A program made the translations under genes and the position numbers. From contig CAWECS010000016.1 in NCBI GenBank assembly GCA_963807455.1, forward strand, positions 146,682 through 210,681: a stretch of 64,000 bases of DNA, written 5' to 3'. Shown here one piece after another: positions 22,154 to 33,198 of the stretch. This DNA comes from an uncultured Gammaproteobacteria bacterium. GTDB lineage: Bacteria > Pseudomonadota > Gammaproteobacteria > JAADHQ01. How positions within the stretch are numbered: the stretch's first letter is position 1; every line of letters starts with the position of its first letter. The notes beneath the pieces are model-generated. The model was not told the DNA's origin and did no database searches. It saw nothing but the letters and a program-made list of their open reading frames with translations.

Positions 22154-23497
22154 ATGTCAAAAAATTTGGGTCCGGATTTCCCGGATCAGAAAGAACTTGA
22201 AGATCTTGTCGCACATGCACTGGATCTGGCAAAGAAATCCGGTGCTACTGCAGCCGAGGCTGGTATGAGTTTTGGCGCGGGTTTGAATGTGACTGTACGT
22301 CTGGCTGAAGTTGAAACGCTTGAATACAATCGTGATCGTAGTTTAGGAATAACGGTGTATCTGGATCATAAGAAAGGCTCAGCTAGCACGTCAGACTGGA
22401 GCCATCAAGCGATACAGGATACGGTCAATGCGGCTTGCGCAATCGCCAAACATGCTGGCGATGACCCCTTTTCCGGTCTGGCTGACGCTGACCTTATGGT
22501 CAAGGATATTCCTGACCTGGATTTATGTTATCCATGGGATTTATCTGCAGAACAGGCAATAGAGATTGCTAAACAATGTGAAGATGCTGCGCGCTCACAT
22601 AAAGGTATTACTAATACTGAAGGAGCATCCGTCTCAACCCGAACCGGCATCAGCGTCTATGGCAATACGCATGGTTTTTTGGGTGGTTATAAGGGTACCC
22701 GACATAGCACAAGCTGTAGTGTCATTGCTGATGATGAGAATGGTATGCAACGAGACTACTGGTATACCGTAGCGCGCGATGCCAATGATATGGAGCAGGC
22801 CGAATCGGTTGGACATACAGCAGCAGAGCGAACACTGTCAAGATTGAACGCAAAAAAACTAAAGACAGCGCAAGTGCCAGTAGTTTTTCAAGCTGAAGTA
22901 GCCACTAGTATTTTTCAGCATTTTATCAGTGCAATTTCCGGGGGGAATCTATACCGACAATCGAGTTTTTTACTGGATCATCTGGACAAACAGATTTTTC
23001 CGGATTTTGTACAAATACAGGAAAGCCCTCATCTGAAAAAAGCACTTGGAAGTGCTGCTTACGATAATGAAGGTGTCGCTACTCAGGAACATGCATTGGT
23101 GAGTGATGGTATCTTGCAATCGTATGTTCTCAGTAGTTACTCAGCACGCAAGCTGGGTATGCAAACAACGGGAAATGCAGGTGGAGTGCATAATTGTCAG
23201 GTTATGGCTGGTGATCTTGATCTGGATGGCTTACTTAGCGAGATGAATACGGGTCTGTTGGTGACAGAGTTAATGGGCCAGGGAATCAATATAGTCACCG
23301 GTGATTATTCCAGAGGTGCGGCGGGCTTCTGGATTGAAAATGGCGAAATACAATTCCCGGTAGAGGAAATCACTATTGCAGGTAACCTTAAAGATATGTT
23401 TAGTCAGCTAGTGCAGGTGGCAAATGATATAAATTTTCGTGGTAATATCCATACGGGCTCGATCTTAATAGAGAATATGACATTAGCAGGCGACTAG
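22154..23497 (+). CDS. pmbA: Metalloprotease PmbA (TldE)
   Basis: 447 aa PmbA_TldD-family protein, divergent from yjgA. Confidence 0.9.
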   Translation: MSKNLGPDFPDQKELEDLVAHALDLAKKSGATAAEAGMSFGAGLNVTVRLAEVETLEYNRDRSLGITVYLDHKKGSASTSDWSHQAIQDTVNAACAIAKHAGDDPFSGLADADLMVKDIPDLDLCYPWDLSAEQAIEIAKQCEDAARSHKGITNTEGASVSTRTGISVYGNTHGFLGGYKGTRHSTSCSVIADDENGMQRDYWYTVARDANDMEQAESVGHTAAERTLSRLNAKKLKTAQVPVVFQAEVATSIFQHFISAISGGNLYRQSSFLLDHLDKQIFPDFVQIQESPHLKKALGSAAYDNEGVATQEHALVSDGILQSYVLSSYSARKLGMQTTGNAGGVHNCQVMAGDLDLDGLLSEMNTGLLVTELMGQGINIVTGDYSRGAAGFWIENGEIQFPVEEITIAGNLKDMFSQLVQVANDINFRGNIHTGSILIENMTLAGD

Positions 23498-23575
23498 CCC
23501 GATCTTTTTTCCTGTTGGCGTGATGTGTTGGGGTTTGCATTTTACACTTTGGGACAAAGTCAAAACGCGACGCAA

Positions 23576-24937
23576 TTAAATGAAGTAGAGCGTTGCCAGC
23601 CCAAGGAAAGCAACATAACCGATGACATCGGTGACAGTCGTCAGAATGACACTACCGGCAAGGGCAGGGTCAATATTTATTTTTTTCAGGATTAAGGGAA
23701 TACTGAACCCCGCTACTGCTGCAAAAACCAGGTTAATCAACATGGCGGCAGCAATGAATACACCTATCATCAGATCATGGAACCATAATATGGCAATGGC
23801 TGCTACCACTAGTGCCCAGACCATACCATTTAATGAGCCTACTGCCGCTTCCTTATATAACAACCACTTCGAATTGGATTTACCAATTTGTCCAAGCGCC
23901 ATACCACGGATAACGAGTGTGAGTGTCTGCGTGCCTGCGATCCCGCCCATACTCGCAGCAATAGGCATCAACACAGCCAGAGCAACTACTTTTTCCAGGG
24001 TGACCTGAAACAGACCAATAACCCAGGCAGCCAGAAAGGCAGTGAGTAAATTGATGCCCAGCCATACGGCACGTCTTTTAGCGCTATGAATAACGGGAGC
24101 AAACATGTCATCTTCTTCATGCATGCCCGCCATACTCATGAGGGAGTGATCGCCTTCATCGCGAATAACATCAACCACGTCATCAATAGTGATGCGGCCA
24201 ATTAGACGGTTATCCTCACTAACGACCGGTGACGAAATCAGGTCACGTTTTTCAAAAAGATGCGCGACTTCATGCGCAGCCATGCTGACGGGTATCGGTT
24301 CTAGCTCGGTATCCATGACTTCTGCAACCGTCAGTCCCGGGTCACTGGTCAGAATTCGTGCTAAATCAAGGGTGCCCAGGTACATATCGAAACGGTTGAC
24401 GACGATCATTTTGTCAGTAAAGGCAGGTAGCTCACCACGTAAACGCAAATAACGTAACACCACATCGAGGGTTACATCGGCACGTACCGTGACCGTATCG
24501 ATGTCCATGAGTCCACCGGCGCTGTCGTCGGGGTAGGAAAGCACAGACTCCAGGCGATGGCGATCCTGCTTGTCCATCGAATATAATACTTCCTTGATGA
24601 CTATATCCGGCAAGTCATTGAGCAAGTCAGCGAGGTCATCGACATCCATGCCGTCAGTAGCCGCAATCAGTTCGGCATTCTCCATGTCCTTGATCAGTCC
24701 GGCACGAACTTCATCATTGACATACAGAAGAATTTCACCCTCATCGTCAGGGTTAACCATTTTCCAGACAAACTGGCGCTCAGTGGAGGGTAGAGATTCG
24801 AGTATGTGACCAATTTCAGCTGGATGCAGTTCAGATAGCATCTTCCAAATATGCTGATTTTTTCCGTTTTTTAACGCTTCACGGAATAAATCCAGACGTT
24901 CTTCGGGTTTTTGATCTGACTGAATGGCTTCGTTCAT
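23576..24937 (-). CDS. mgtE: Magnesium transporter MgtE
   Basis: 453 aa. N domain, tandem CBS domains and five C-terminal TM helices with the conserved MgtE pore sequence. Confidence 0.9.
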   Translation of the reverse strand: MNEAIQSDQKPEERLDLFREALKNGKNQHIWKMLSELHPAEIGHILESLPSTERQFVWKMVNPDDEGEILLYVNDEVRAGLIKDMENAELIAATDGMDVDDLADLLNDLPDIVIKEVLYSMDKQDRHRLESVLSYPDDSAGGLMDIDTVTVRADVTLDVVLRYLRLRGELPAFTDKMIVVNRFDMYLGTLDLARILTSDPGLTVAEVMDTELEPIPVSMAAHEVAHLFEKRDLISSPVVSEDNRLIGRITIDDVVDVIRDEGDHSLMSMAGMHEEDDMFAPVIHSAKRRAVWLGINLLTAFLAAWVIGLFQVTLEKVVALAVLMPIAASMGGIAGTQTLTLVIRGMALGQIGKSNSKWLLYKEAAVGSLNGMVWALVVAAIAILWFHDLMIGVFIAAAMLINLVFAAVAGFSIPLILKKINIDPALAGSVILTTVTDVIGYVAFLGLATLYFI

Positions 24938-25074
24938 GACTAAACATCTTCTGGGTATGGATCAGCTTGCAAGAAGTTTAACCATAATAATCTGGCAGGT
25001 CTATGCTTGTGCAGGGTATTTCTTGTTAAATATTACAAACAGCTATATTAATTATTGCACGCCAGTGATGAGGT

Positions 25075-26853
25075 TTAATGTTTTTGAGCATTAATCATTT
25101 CGATATGTTGAAGTGCTTCTTCAGCATATTCACAATCCAGCACATCCAGACTGGCCTGGCCGAGTTTTTTAATAATGGAGTGATTAATGATATTTTTCAC
25201 TTCCAGTATGGCATTCGGCTGCATGCTGAATTCACGCAGACCCAGGCCCATCAATAAGCGGGTATAGTCCGGATCGCTGGCCATTTCTCCGCACATGGTC
25301 ACAGGTACTTCGGCCTTTTCTCCAGCCTGTATAACCATGTGAATCAACTTCAGAACGGATGGATGACTGGGCTTGTATAAATAATTGACTTCCTCATCAA
25401 TGCGGTCTATTGCTAATGTGTATTGGATGAGATCATTGGTGCCAATAGAGAGAAAGTCCAGATGTTTGGCAAATAAATGCGCCGATATAGCTGCAGCCGG
25501 CACCTCAATCATTCCACCCACCTGCATACTGTTATCAAACGCACGTCCTTCTGCAGCCAGTTCCTTTTTTATATCTTCAAGTATACTGAGCACCTGAAAA
25601 ATTTCCAAAGTGTTTGTCAACATGGGGATCATCATGCGTATGTTACCTGTTGCAGATGCTCTGAGGATGGCACGTAGTTGTGGGCGGAACAAGGAAGGAT
25701 CATTCAGACAAAGGCGAATAGCACGCAATCCTAAAGCAGGATTGGTAGGACATTCCTGGTATTGCATATTTTTCAGATGTTTATCTGCACCCAGATCGAG
25801 CGTGCGAATGGTGACGGGCTTACCCATCATGGACCCCACTATTTCCCGATAGGCATTATATTGTTCTTCCTCGCCAGGCAGATCAATTCTGTTCATGAAC
25901 AGGTATTCAGAGCGAAACAGACCTATGCCATCGACATTAATATCGTGTAACACCTGGATATCTTCGGGTATTTCTGCATTGGCATACAGTTGAATCGGAA
26001 TGCCATCCTGGGTGATGGCTGGTTTGTTGCTGAGGTTAATCAGTGAAGAATAGTATTGGCGATCGGCCTGTTGTTTGTCAGTATAGTAACGCTTGATAAT
26101 GTCAGAGGCTTTAGTTAGCACGACCCCTTGGTCGCCATCAACAATAATATCCTCATCATTGTGGATATAACGTTTAGCCTGATGGATGCCGACGATGGCA
26201 GGTAAATTGAGACTGCGAGCCAGGATAGCGGTGTGTGATAATGGGCCACCGGATTCAGTGACAAATGCGATCATCCCCTGGTGTTGTAGTAGCACAATAT
26301 CGGCAGGTGTTAAATCATCTGCAATGACGATTTTGTCTTGTAATGCCAATTCATTTTCATGTAAGGGCATGTCTTCATCCATGTCTGCGAGGATGCGAAA
26401 GATTCTGTTAACAACATGAATGACATCATCGCGGCGTGTTTTTAGATAGGCATCATCCATTTCATCGAACACCCCGACCAATGAGTCGAGTTGCAGTTTA
26501 AGTGCCCATTCAGCGCTACAGAGCTGGGACCTGATGATTTGTTCAGGCGCTTCGGACAGCGCAGAATCGCTCAGCATCAGTAAATGTGTGTCAATAAAAG
26601 CAGCAATATCTGTGGGAGTAGTGTCGGGTATTTTTTTTCGTATTTGTTTAAGCTGGTTTTTGGCAATATCAACTGCATTTCTTAAACGGGTAATTTCGTT
26701 GTCAAGCTGTGCACGAGGAATGCAGGTTTCAGCGACCTCAGGTTGTCCACGTTCAAGCCGATGGGTTCGTCCCATAGCGATGCCGCGAGAGACAGAGATC
26801 CCTTTTATTTCCATTGTCATGATGTCATCACCATAAAGTGGAGCGTCATGCAT
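25075..26853 (-). CDS. ptsI: Phosphoenolpyruvate-protein phosphotransferase (enzyme I of the nitrogen-type PTS; no N-terminal GAF domain)
   Basis: 592 aa. N-terminal HPr-binding domain, the phosphohistidine region ...GGPLSHTAILARSLNLPAIVG and a PEP-utilising TIM-barrel C-terminal domain. Last gene of the rpoN-hpf-ptsN-hprK-rapZ-EIIA-npr-ptsI string. Confidence 0.9.
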   Translation of the reverse strand: MHDAPLYGDDIMTMEIKGISVSRGIAMGRTHRLERGQPEVAETCIPRAQLDNEITRLRNAVDIAKNQLKQIRKKIPDTTPTDIAAFIDTHLLMLSDSALSEAPEQIIRSQLCSAEWALKLQLDSLVGVFDEMDDAYLKTRRDDVIHVVNRIFRILADMDEDMPLHENELALQDKIVIADDLTPADIVLLQHQGMIAFVTESGGPLSHTAILARSLNLPAIVGIHQAKRYIHNDEDIIVDGDQGVVLTKASDIIKRYYTDKQQADRQYYSSLINLSNKPAITQDGIPIQLYANAEIPEDIQVLHDINVDGIGLFRSEYLFMNRIDLPGEEEQYNAYREIVGSMMGKPVTIRTLDLGADKHLKNMQYQECPTNPALGLRAIRLCLNDPSLFRPQLRAILRASATGNIRMMIPMLTNTLEIFQVLSILEDIKKELAAEGRAFDNSMQVGGMIEVPAAAISAHLFAKHLDFLSIGTNDLIQYTLAIDRIDEEVNYLYKPSHPSVLKLIHMVIQAGEKAEVPVTMCGEMASDPDYTRLLMGLGLREFSMQPNAILEVKNIINHSIIKKLGQASLDVLDCEYAEEALQHIEMINAQKH

Positions 26854-26991
26854 GTTAACAGAGAATAAATGGGTGTATAGATCGGAGAAAAGATCGACGA
26901 GAAACGAAGATTGTTGTTAGCCGATATTTTCATAATGGTCAGTAATTGTACCTGGTTAATTAAAAACAGCTTATAGAATATTGAGTTTGTA

Positions 26992-27261
26992 CTACTCATC
27001 TTCACCAAAGCGGCTTTGGATTAATATATCAAGTTCTTGCGTGGCCTGTTCTTCATCGTTGCCAGATGTGTTTAGTGTCAGGGCAGTTCCCTTGGAAGCT
27101 GCCAGCATCATAACGCCCATAATGCTTTTACCATTGACCTTTTGATTATCCTTAATTAAGAAAACATCACAGGAAAATTTTGACGCAAGTGTGACAAATT
27201 TGGCTGCAGCACGCGCATGCAAACCCAGTTTATTAATTATTGTGACCTGTTTTTCAATCAT
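26992..27261 (-). CDS. Phosphocarrier protein HPr/NPr
   Basis: 89 aa. His15 context GLHARAA and Ser46 context NGKSIMGV are both present. Confidence 0.85.
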   Translation of the reverse strand: MIEKQVTIINKLGLHARAAAKFVTLASKFSCDVFLIKDNQKVNGKSIMGVMMLAASKGTALTLNTSGNDEEQATQELDILIQSRFGEDE

Positions 27262-27264
27262 ATT

Positions 27265-27651
27265 TTATTTACATATCATAATGCCATCATGGCCACCGGA
27301 GCGTGCCTTTTCTGACAGTAGGCTTAAATTCAATCGAGGGTAATTAAGAACACGAATTAACATTGGCAGGTTAACACCTGTTATAACAACTACAGAATTA
27401 TTGTCTGCCAATCGATTAGCGATATTACTAGGTGTCGAGCCGTACATATCCGTTAGTACCAATACACCATCACCCTGATTGACTTCGGCAAGCAATGCTT
27501 TGGCGTGGCTGATCGATTCTTCCAGATCGCAATCAGATCCAATAGCGAGGTTGGCGGTTTTTAATGGACTGGTGCCAAGCATAATGGTGGCAGTCTCCAG
27601 TAACTGCTGGCCAATATTGTTATGGGTAATGACTAATAGTCCTACGCTCAT
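27265..27651 (-). CDS. PTS EIIA component, mannose/fructose family
   Basis: 128 aa EIIA-Man fold (LVITHNNIG...DMYGSTPSN). Confidence 0.8.
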   Translation of the reverse strand: MSVGLLVITHNNIGQQLLETATIMLGTSPLKTANLAIGSDCDLEESISHAKALLAEVNQGDGVLVLTDMYGSTPSNIANRLADNNSVVVITGVNLPMLIRVLNYPRLNLSLLSEKARSGGHDGIMICK

Positions 27652-28505
27652 GATAGTTCCCGATGTCGGATCATGACATTATTACGCTGATCCATGAAAT
27701 AGTTGGCAATAGCCTCTACCATAAAAACTGAGCGATGCTGGCCACCCGTGCAACCAATGGCAATAGTCATATAATTACGGTTTTCCTGCTCGAATCTCGG
27801 AATCCAGATATCGAGAAAATGGATAATCTGTTGTTTCATTTCATTTACCCAGGGCTGATTCTCGAGATAGTGTATGACTTTTTCATCTTGTCCCGTTAAT
27901 GGTCTTAAGCTGGACTCCCAATGTGGATTGGGTAGACAACGTAAATCAAATATATAATCCGCATCACTGGGGATGCCATGCTTGAAGCCAAACGACTGGA
28001 ACAACAGCGACATGGATTCAGTGGGTTCATTGATAATGCGATTACGCACGATTTCGCGCAATTGATAGATATTGGTATGAGTGGTGTCAATATGAAGATC
28101 TGCATGTGAAGCAATAGGATAAAGAAGTTCACGCTCAAGTTTTATGGCATCTGGTAATGATCGGTCTTCATTGGTTAGTGGATGTTTGCGACGAGTTTCA
28201 CTAAAGCGTTTGAGTATGGTGGTATCATCAGCTTCGAGATAGATAATTTCGACTTCCAGACTGGATAAGGCCAGATCTTTTAATAACTCAGGAAAGTTTT
28301 TCAGATCTTTATGACTATTTCTGGCATCAATGCCTACCGCGACGTGGCTATGGTCTTTACCCCAGCCTTCGGTCAATTGCTCAACCAGAGAAGATAGTAA
28401 GCCTATAGGCATGTTATCTATGCAATAATAATCCAGGTCTTCAAGTGTATTCAGGGCAATACTTTTACCAGAACCGGACAATCCACTGACAATGATGAGT
28501 TTCAT
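27648..28505 (-). CDS. rapZ: RNase adapter protein RapZ (YhbJ)
   Basis: 285 aa. P-loop GLSGSGKS at the N-terminus. Canonical position downstream of ptsN and hprK. Confidence 0.9.
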   Translation of the reverse strand: MKLIIVSGLSGSGKSIALNTLEDLDYYCIDNMPIGLLSSLVEQLTEGWGKDHSHVAVGIDARNSHKDLKNFPELLKDLALSSLEVEIIYLEADDTTILKRFSETRRKHPLTNEDRSLPDAIKLERELLYPIASHADLHIDTTHTNIYQLREIVRNRIINEPTESMSLLFQSFGFKHGIPSDADYIFDLRCLPNPHWESSLRPLTGQDEKVIHYLENQPWVNEMKQQIIHFLDIWIPRFEQENRNYMTIAIGCTGGQHRSVFMVEAIANYFMDQRNNVMIRHRELS

Positions 28506-29452
28506 AGCAAACTTTTTTGTACCAGACTATTTTGTCGTTGGATAAAATCTTCTGCAGCATCATATCCTTTCTGAATCAAAGTGTGATTACGCACCGCTGT
28601 TTCAACAGCGACGGCAAGGTTTCGTCCCGGGGCAACAGGCAGGGTGACTTCGGGAACATCGATACCCAGAACCTTTCGATGACGCTTGCTGCCTCGCAAG
28701 CGGTCCATTTTTTGCAATTCTTCATCAGAAACATTTACCAGGGCAATGATAAGGCGTAGATATTTGCTGGTTCTGATGGCACTGTCGCCAAAAATGGAGC
28801 GAATATTCAAAATACCTAATCCACGAACTTCTAGAAATTCCCGTAACAGAGCAGGGCAGGTGCCATTGATAATATCAGGGGCTATTTTGGAAAATTCCGG
28901 TGCGTCGTCCGCTATCAGACGGTGACCTCGACTCACCAGGTCGAGTGCCAGTTCACTTTTGCCGATACCACTATCACCTGTCAACAGAACACCGCTACCC
29001 ATGACTTCCATGAATACTCCGTGGATGACCATGGAATCGGCTAGCACGCTACCCAGCAAATATTGAAAATGACTGATTATTTCATGACTGCTGGCTAAGC
29101 TGGTGAACAAAGGAATGTTGCGTCTGTCTGATAGCAACAGAAAATCATGCGGCACATGGGTGCCTTCTGCGATCAATACCATAACGGTATTGTCTTCTGA
29201 GAAAAGCTGGTTTACCGCATCATAGCGAAAATTCTTTCCCTGCTTATCCAGGTATTCAAGCTCAGTTTTTCCGAGCACCTGAATTTTGTTCGGGTGAATA
29301 ATGTTCAAATGACCAATGAGTGTAATATATTGCTGGCCTTTGGCATTTCTTGATTTAATGACGCGCTGGCTACCCTGTTCACCCGCCTTGCATTCCAGTC
29401 CCAGGGTTTTTTGTAATTTTGATACTAAATCCTGAACGGTAATGTCTTTCAT
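28502..29452 (-). CDS. hprK: HPr kinase/phosphorylase
   Basis: 316 aa. Walker A GDSGIGKSE and the HprK/P C-terminal signature. Confidence 0.9.
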   Translation of the reverse strand: MKDITVQDLVSKLQKTLGLECKAGEQGSQRVIKSRNAKGQQYITLIGHLNIIHPNKIQVLGKTELEYLDKQGKNFRYDAVNQLFSEDNTVMVLIAEGTHVPHDFLLLSDRRNIPLFTSLASSHEIISHFQYLLGSVLADSMVIHGVFMEVMGSGVLLTGDSGIGKSELALDLVSRGHRLIADDAPEFSKIAPDIINGTCPALLREFLEVRGLGILNIRSIFGDSAIRTSKYLRLIIALVNVSDEELQKMDRLRGSKRHRKVLGIDVPEVTLPVAPGRNLAVAVETAVRNHTLIQKGYDAAEDFIQRQNSLVQKSLL

Positions 29453-29916
29453 GCGGCGCTGCTGGCCTTTTTATCGATCAGGAGTTTATATAGCTGCTCC
29501 TCTGTTTCACTCTTGCGAAGTGCATCACAAAATTTTTCATCGCTGAAAACTCTTGCCAGCTCGGCAAGAATATCCAGATGTTCATCTGTAAAGTGATCAG
29601 GTACCAGCAAGCTGAATAAAAGATCGGTGGGTTGGTTATCAATTGCATCAAAGTCGACCGCCTTATCAAGTTTGATAAAGGCGCCGATGGCCTGCTCTCT
29701 TCCTGATAAGCGGGCATGTGGCAAGGCGACTCCATGCCCAAGTCCGGTACTTCCCAGTCGCTCGCGAATGACAAGACTATCAAAAATTTCATCTTGACTG
29801 GTTTCTGAATCTTCAGTTGTCAGCAATTTGCTTAATGCTTCCAGGGCCTTTTTTTTGCTCCCGGAGCTATTATCGCAGCTGATTCTATCAAGTACGATAA
29901 GATCTTCTATTTTCAT
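29449..29916 (-). CDS. ptsN: PTS IIA-like nitrogen regulatory protein PtsN (EIIA-Ntr)
   Basis: 155 aa EIIA-fructose-type fold with the phosphorylatable His in GVALPHARL. Confidence 0.85.
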   Translation of the reverse strand: MKIEDLIVLDRISCDNSSGSKKKALEALSKLLTTEDSETSQDEIFDSLVIRERLGSTGLGHGVALPHARLSGREQAIGAFIKLDKAVDFDAIDNQPTDLLFSLLVPDHFTDEHLDILAELARVFSDEKFCDALRKSETEEQLYKLLIDKKASSAA

Positions 29917-29938
29917 GTGTATAATCTTTCTATTGAAA

Positions 29939-30235
29939 TTATCTGCGATGATGGTTAGTAATTTTTTCTTTGTGTTTGACTACCTGCCGGTCAAGTTTAT
30001 CAATCAGTCCATCGATGGCTGCGTACATATCTTCCTGAGTATCATCGGCATAGACTTTATTACCGCTTAAATGTACTGTGGCTTCGGCTTTCTGGCGTAA
30101 TTTTTCGACACTTAGAATTACCTGCACATCGACAACCTGGTCAAAATGACGTTCGAGTTTTTCCAATTTGGATTCAACGTAGTCACGCAGTGAGTCGGTA
30201 AGATCTACATGATGGCCAGTGAGATTGATTTGCAT
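29939..30235 (-). CDS. hpf: Ribosome hibernation promoting factor
   Basis: 98 aa, starting MQINLTGHHVDLT as in the HPF/YfiA family. Directly downstream of rpoN. Confidence 0.85.
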   Translation of the reverse strand: MQINLTGHHVDLTDSLRDYVESKLEKLERHFDQVVDVQVILSVEKLRQKAEATVHLSGNKVYADDTQEDMYAAIDGLIDKLDRQVVKHKEKITNHHRR

Positions 30236-30257
30236 AGTAAGCTCCTTGGTTGGTTAA

Positions 30258-31742
30258 TTAAGCCAGTCGTTTGCGTTCATTAGATGACGGAAATGACATG
30301 GCCTCTCTGTATTTTGTTACAGTACGGCGTGCTACTTTAATACCCTGTTTCATGAGCAAATCAGCTATTTTGCTATCACTCAAGGGTTTTTCATGGCTTT
30401 CAGACGCAATCAGCTTCTTGATAATAGCTCGAATTGCAGTGGCTGAGCAGACGCCGCCTTCTGTTGTACTGACATGACTGGAAAAGAAATATTTAAATTC
30501 AAAAATCCCGTTCGGTGTATGCATGTATTTCTGTGTAGTAACACGGGATATAGTAGACTCATGCATCTCGACGGCCTCGGCGATATCTCTTAATACCAAC
30601 GGCCGCATAGCTTCCTCTCCATAGTCGAGAAAACCGCGCTGTCTTTCGATAATACAACGAGCGACTTTGAGTAAGGTTTCGTTACGACTCTGCAGACTTT
30701 TAAGGAACCAACGCGCTTCTTGCAAATGATTTCTGAGGGAATTGGTATCATCGCTACTATCAGAGCGACGTATCAAGCCGGCATATTGTTGGTTGATGCG
30801 AATGCGTGGCATGGTATCCGGATTCAATTCTACGGTCCATTTTCCTTTAATTTTTTTAACCAGCACGTCTGGAACTATGTACTCAGGGGTTGCCGGTGTT
30901 ATGCTCGATCCTGGTCTTGGGTCAAGTGTCTGGATGAGCTGAATACTGGCAGTGAGTTCATCCTGGGTAATATGCATTTGACGCAAGATGCGTTTAAAAT
31001 CACGAGAAGCGAGCGCATCCAGATGGGATTGAACCAAGGCAATCGCCATTTTTACTTGAGCATTGTCATTGCCCAGATGATTCAGCTGCACTAGCAGGCA
31101 CTCCTTTAAATCACGCGAACCGACACCCAGAGGATCGAATTGCTGAATACGGTGTAATACTGTCTCTACCTCATCATAGTCAATGGTTTCCTCATCAGCC
31201 AACAAATTTTGAATAATACCCTGATGAATATCCTCCAAAGGTATGTACAGGTAACCATCCTCATTAATAGAATCAATTATCGACATGGCAATGGCACGAT
31301 CAGTGTCCGAGAAAGGTGTTAGTTGCATTTGCCAGGTGAGATGATCACGTAAACTTCCGCCGGATGCATTGACACCCTCCCATTGTTCCTGTTGATCATC
31401 GCCTGAAGCTTGTGAATAGGAGGTGGAGCCGTCGTAGACATCATCCCAGTTACTGTCCGTTGGCAGGTCTTCAGGCATTTCATCCTTACTAGTGAGTTCC
31501 GATGTTTCAGTAGCTGATTGTGTATCCACGGCATCCTGCTCGGATTTTTTTTCTTCAGCCTCTTTAGCATTAACATTTTCTACTTCATCCTCGGCTACTT
31601 CCAGCATGAAATTGGATTCAAGAACATTCTGTATTTCCAATTGCAAATCTAGCGTAGACAGTTGCAGCAGCTTGATCGCTTGCTGTAACTGCGGGGTCAT
31701 ATGCAGACGTTGCTCATGCCCAAGGTAAAGTGATTGTTTCAT
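30258..31742 (-). CDS. rpoN: RNA polymerase sigma-54 factor
   Basis: 494 aa. Gln/Leu-rich N-terminal region I, an acidic region II and the C-terminal RpoN box ([10 protein letters not shown]) with HTH. Confidence 0.95.
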   Translation of the reverse strand: MKQSLYLGHEQRLHMTPQLQQAIKLLQLSTLDLQLEIQNVLESNFMLEVAEDEVENVNAKEAEEKKSEQDAVDTQSATETSELTSKDEMPEDLPTDSNWDDVYDGSTSYSQASGDDQQEQWEGVNASGGSLRDHLTWQMQLTPFSDTDRAIAMSIIDSINEDGYLYIPLEDIHQGIIQNLLADEETIDYDEVETVLHRIQQFDPLGVGSRDLKECLLVQLNHLGNDNAQVKMAIALVQSHLDALASRDFKRILRQMHITQDELTASIQLIQTLDPRPGSSITPATPEYIVPDVLVKKIKGKWTVELNPDTMPRIRINQQYAGLIRRSDSSDDTNSLRNHLQEARWFLKSLQSRNETLLKVARCIIERQRGFLDYGEEAMRPLVLRDIAEAVEMHESTISRVTTQKYMHTPNGIFEFKYFFSSHVSTTEGGVCSATAIRAIIKKLIASESHEKPLSDSKIADLLMKQGIKVARRTVTKYREAMSFPSSNERKRLA

Positions 31743-31942
31743 ATGCTATATGTGTTTAACCCAATCGCTAAAATTAAGAACTCATTAATAACTATTTTAC
31801 TGCATTTATTATGCCAGTGCAGTGAGATTAGGTAATTATTTGTATATAAATGGCGCATTTTATAGCGTTTTGGTATGGTATCTAAGTGATTGTATTTATT
31901 GAATTAACAAGAGAAAAATAGCATGTGCTTAGTGGGCGGAGA

Positions 31943-32668
31943 CTAAAGTGAAAAATCGTGTCCAAGGTATACCTCTCTAACTTGTTGATTATCGAGTATG
32001 GATTCCGGTTTGCCCTCGGCAATAACCTGTCCCTCACTTAATATATAGGCCGATGTACAGATTCCTAAAGTCTCACGTACATTATGATCAGTAATCAGCA
32101 CTCCTATGTCACGTTCGCACAGGTGCTTGATAATTTGCTGTATATCAACAACAGAAATAGGGTCTACACCGGCGAAGGGCTCATCCAGCAGAATAAATGA
32201 TGGGTTCATGGCCAGTGCACGTGCTATTTCAGCGCGTCTGCGCTCACCGCCCGAGAGGCTAATGCCTTCATTGTCCCTGATATGGCCAATATGCAGGTCA
32301 TGTAACAAATTTTCCAGCTCAACTTCACGTTCCTGGTTGGTGAGTTCCTTGCGAGTTTGCAGGATAGCCATAATATTGTCGTGCACTGTCAGCTTGCGAA
32401 AGATCGAGGCTTCTTGTGGAAGATAACCTACACCGGCTAGTGCACGGGCGTGCATGGGAAGTTTGGTTATGTCTTGCTTATCAATAAAAATGCCACCTTG
32501 ATCGGATGGAATCAGGCCAACTATCATGTAAAAGGTCGTTGTTTTACCGGCACCATTTGGGCCAAGCAGACCGACGACATCGCCGGTATTAATAGCAAGA
32601 CTAACATTGTCGACGATAATGCGGTTTTTGTATCGTTTTACAAGATTGCTGGTGTGTAAAATACTCAT
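31943..32668 (-). CDS. lptB: LPS export ABC transporter ATP-binding protein LptB
   Basis: 241 aa ABC ATPase ([23 protein letters not shown]). Confidence 0.9.
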   Translation of the reverse strand: MSILHTSNLVKRYKNRIIVDNVSLAINTGDVVGLLGPNGAGKTTTFYMIVGLIPSDQGGIFIDKQDITKLPMHARALAGVGYLPQEASIFRKLTVHDNIMAILQTRKELTNQEREVELENLLHDLHIGHIRDNEGISLSGGERRRAEIARALAMNPSFILLDEPFAGVDPISVVDIQQIIKHLCERDIGVLITDHNVRETLGICTSAYILSEGQVIAEGKPESILDNQQVREVYLGHDFSL

Positions 32669-33198
32669 TGAGGGGAATGCTTGTCCGGCGTGCTGTTCTC
32701 AGTGGATGGCTGGATAGTGATGGTCACACGATCACCACCACTCTTTTTGCCAGCATCAACAATGTCCTTGCCAATATTATAGGTGATACGATTGCTTGAA
32801 AATTTATTGGCACCCTGACTAAGAGCAGCATCTTGTTCAAATACAACCACGTTGCTATCTGCGTGGAATGTCATTTTACCTGCCACTGCTGAAATATTTC
32901 TATTTCCCTTTTCAGACTGTTGCTGAAAATTAACCGGTTGGCCTTTAGCGACCATTGTTTTCAATTTGCCATCGTGGGTATTAACAATGAGTGAATCAGC
33001 AGTAATGCGCATACTGCCTTGTTGCACGATGACATTACCCGTGTAGCTGCTGGAGCCTGCTTTTTTATTGATGCTGGCCTTGTCAGCTTCCACATTGATG
33101 GGCTGTTTACGGTCAGACTCCAGGGCAAAAATATTGACTGAATTTAACATCAGCAACAGACTGGAAAAAACAATGATGGTTTTAGAATTGAGGGGCAT
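32665..33198 (-). CDS. lptA: LPS transport periplasmic protein LptA
   Basis: 177 aa with signal peptide and an OstA-like beta-jellyroll. Position between lptC and lptB. Confidence 0.75.
   Translation of the reverse strand: MPLNSKTIIVFSSLLLMLNSVNIFALESDRKQPINVEADKASINKKAGSSSYTGNVIVQQGSMRITADSLIVNTHDGKLKTMVAKGQPVNFQQQSEKGNRNISAVAGKMTFHADSNVVVFEQDAALSQGANKFSSNRITYNIGKDIVDAGKKSGGDRVTITIQPSTENSTPDKHSPQ

Noticed and set aside
22107-22232. Upstream extension of yjgA that would overlap the first 79 nt of pmbA
   Set aside because: Homologues start at the internal Met (MSTDNENE…). The extension has no conserved sequence, and the divergent yjgA/pmbA pair normally does not overlap.
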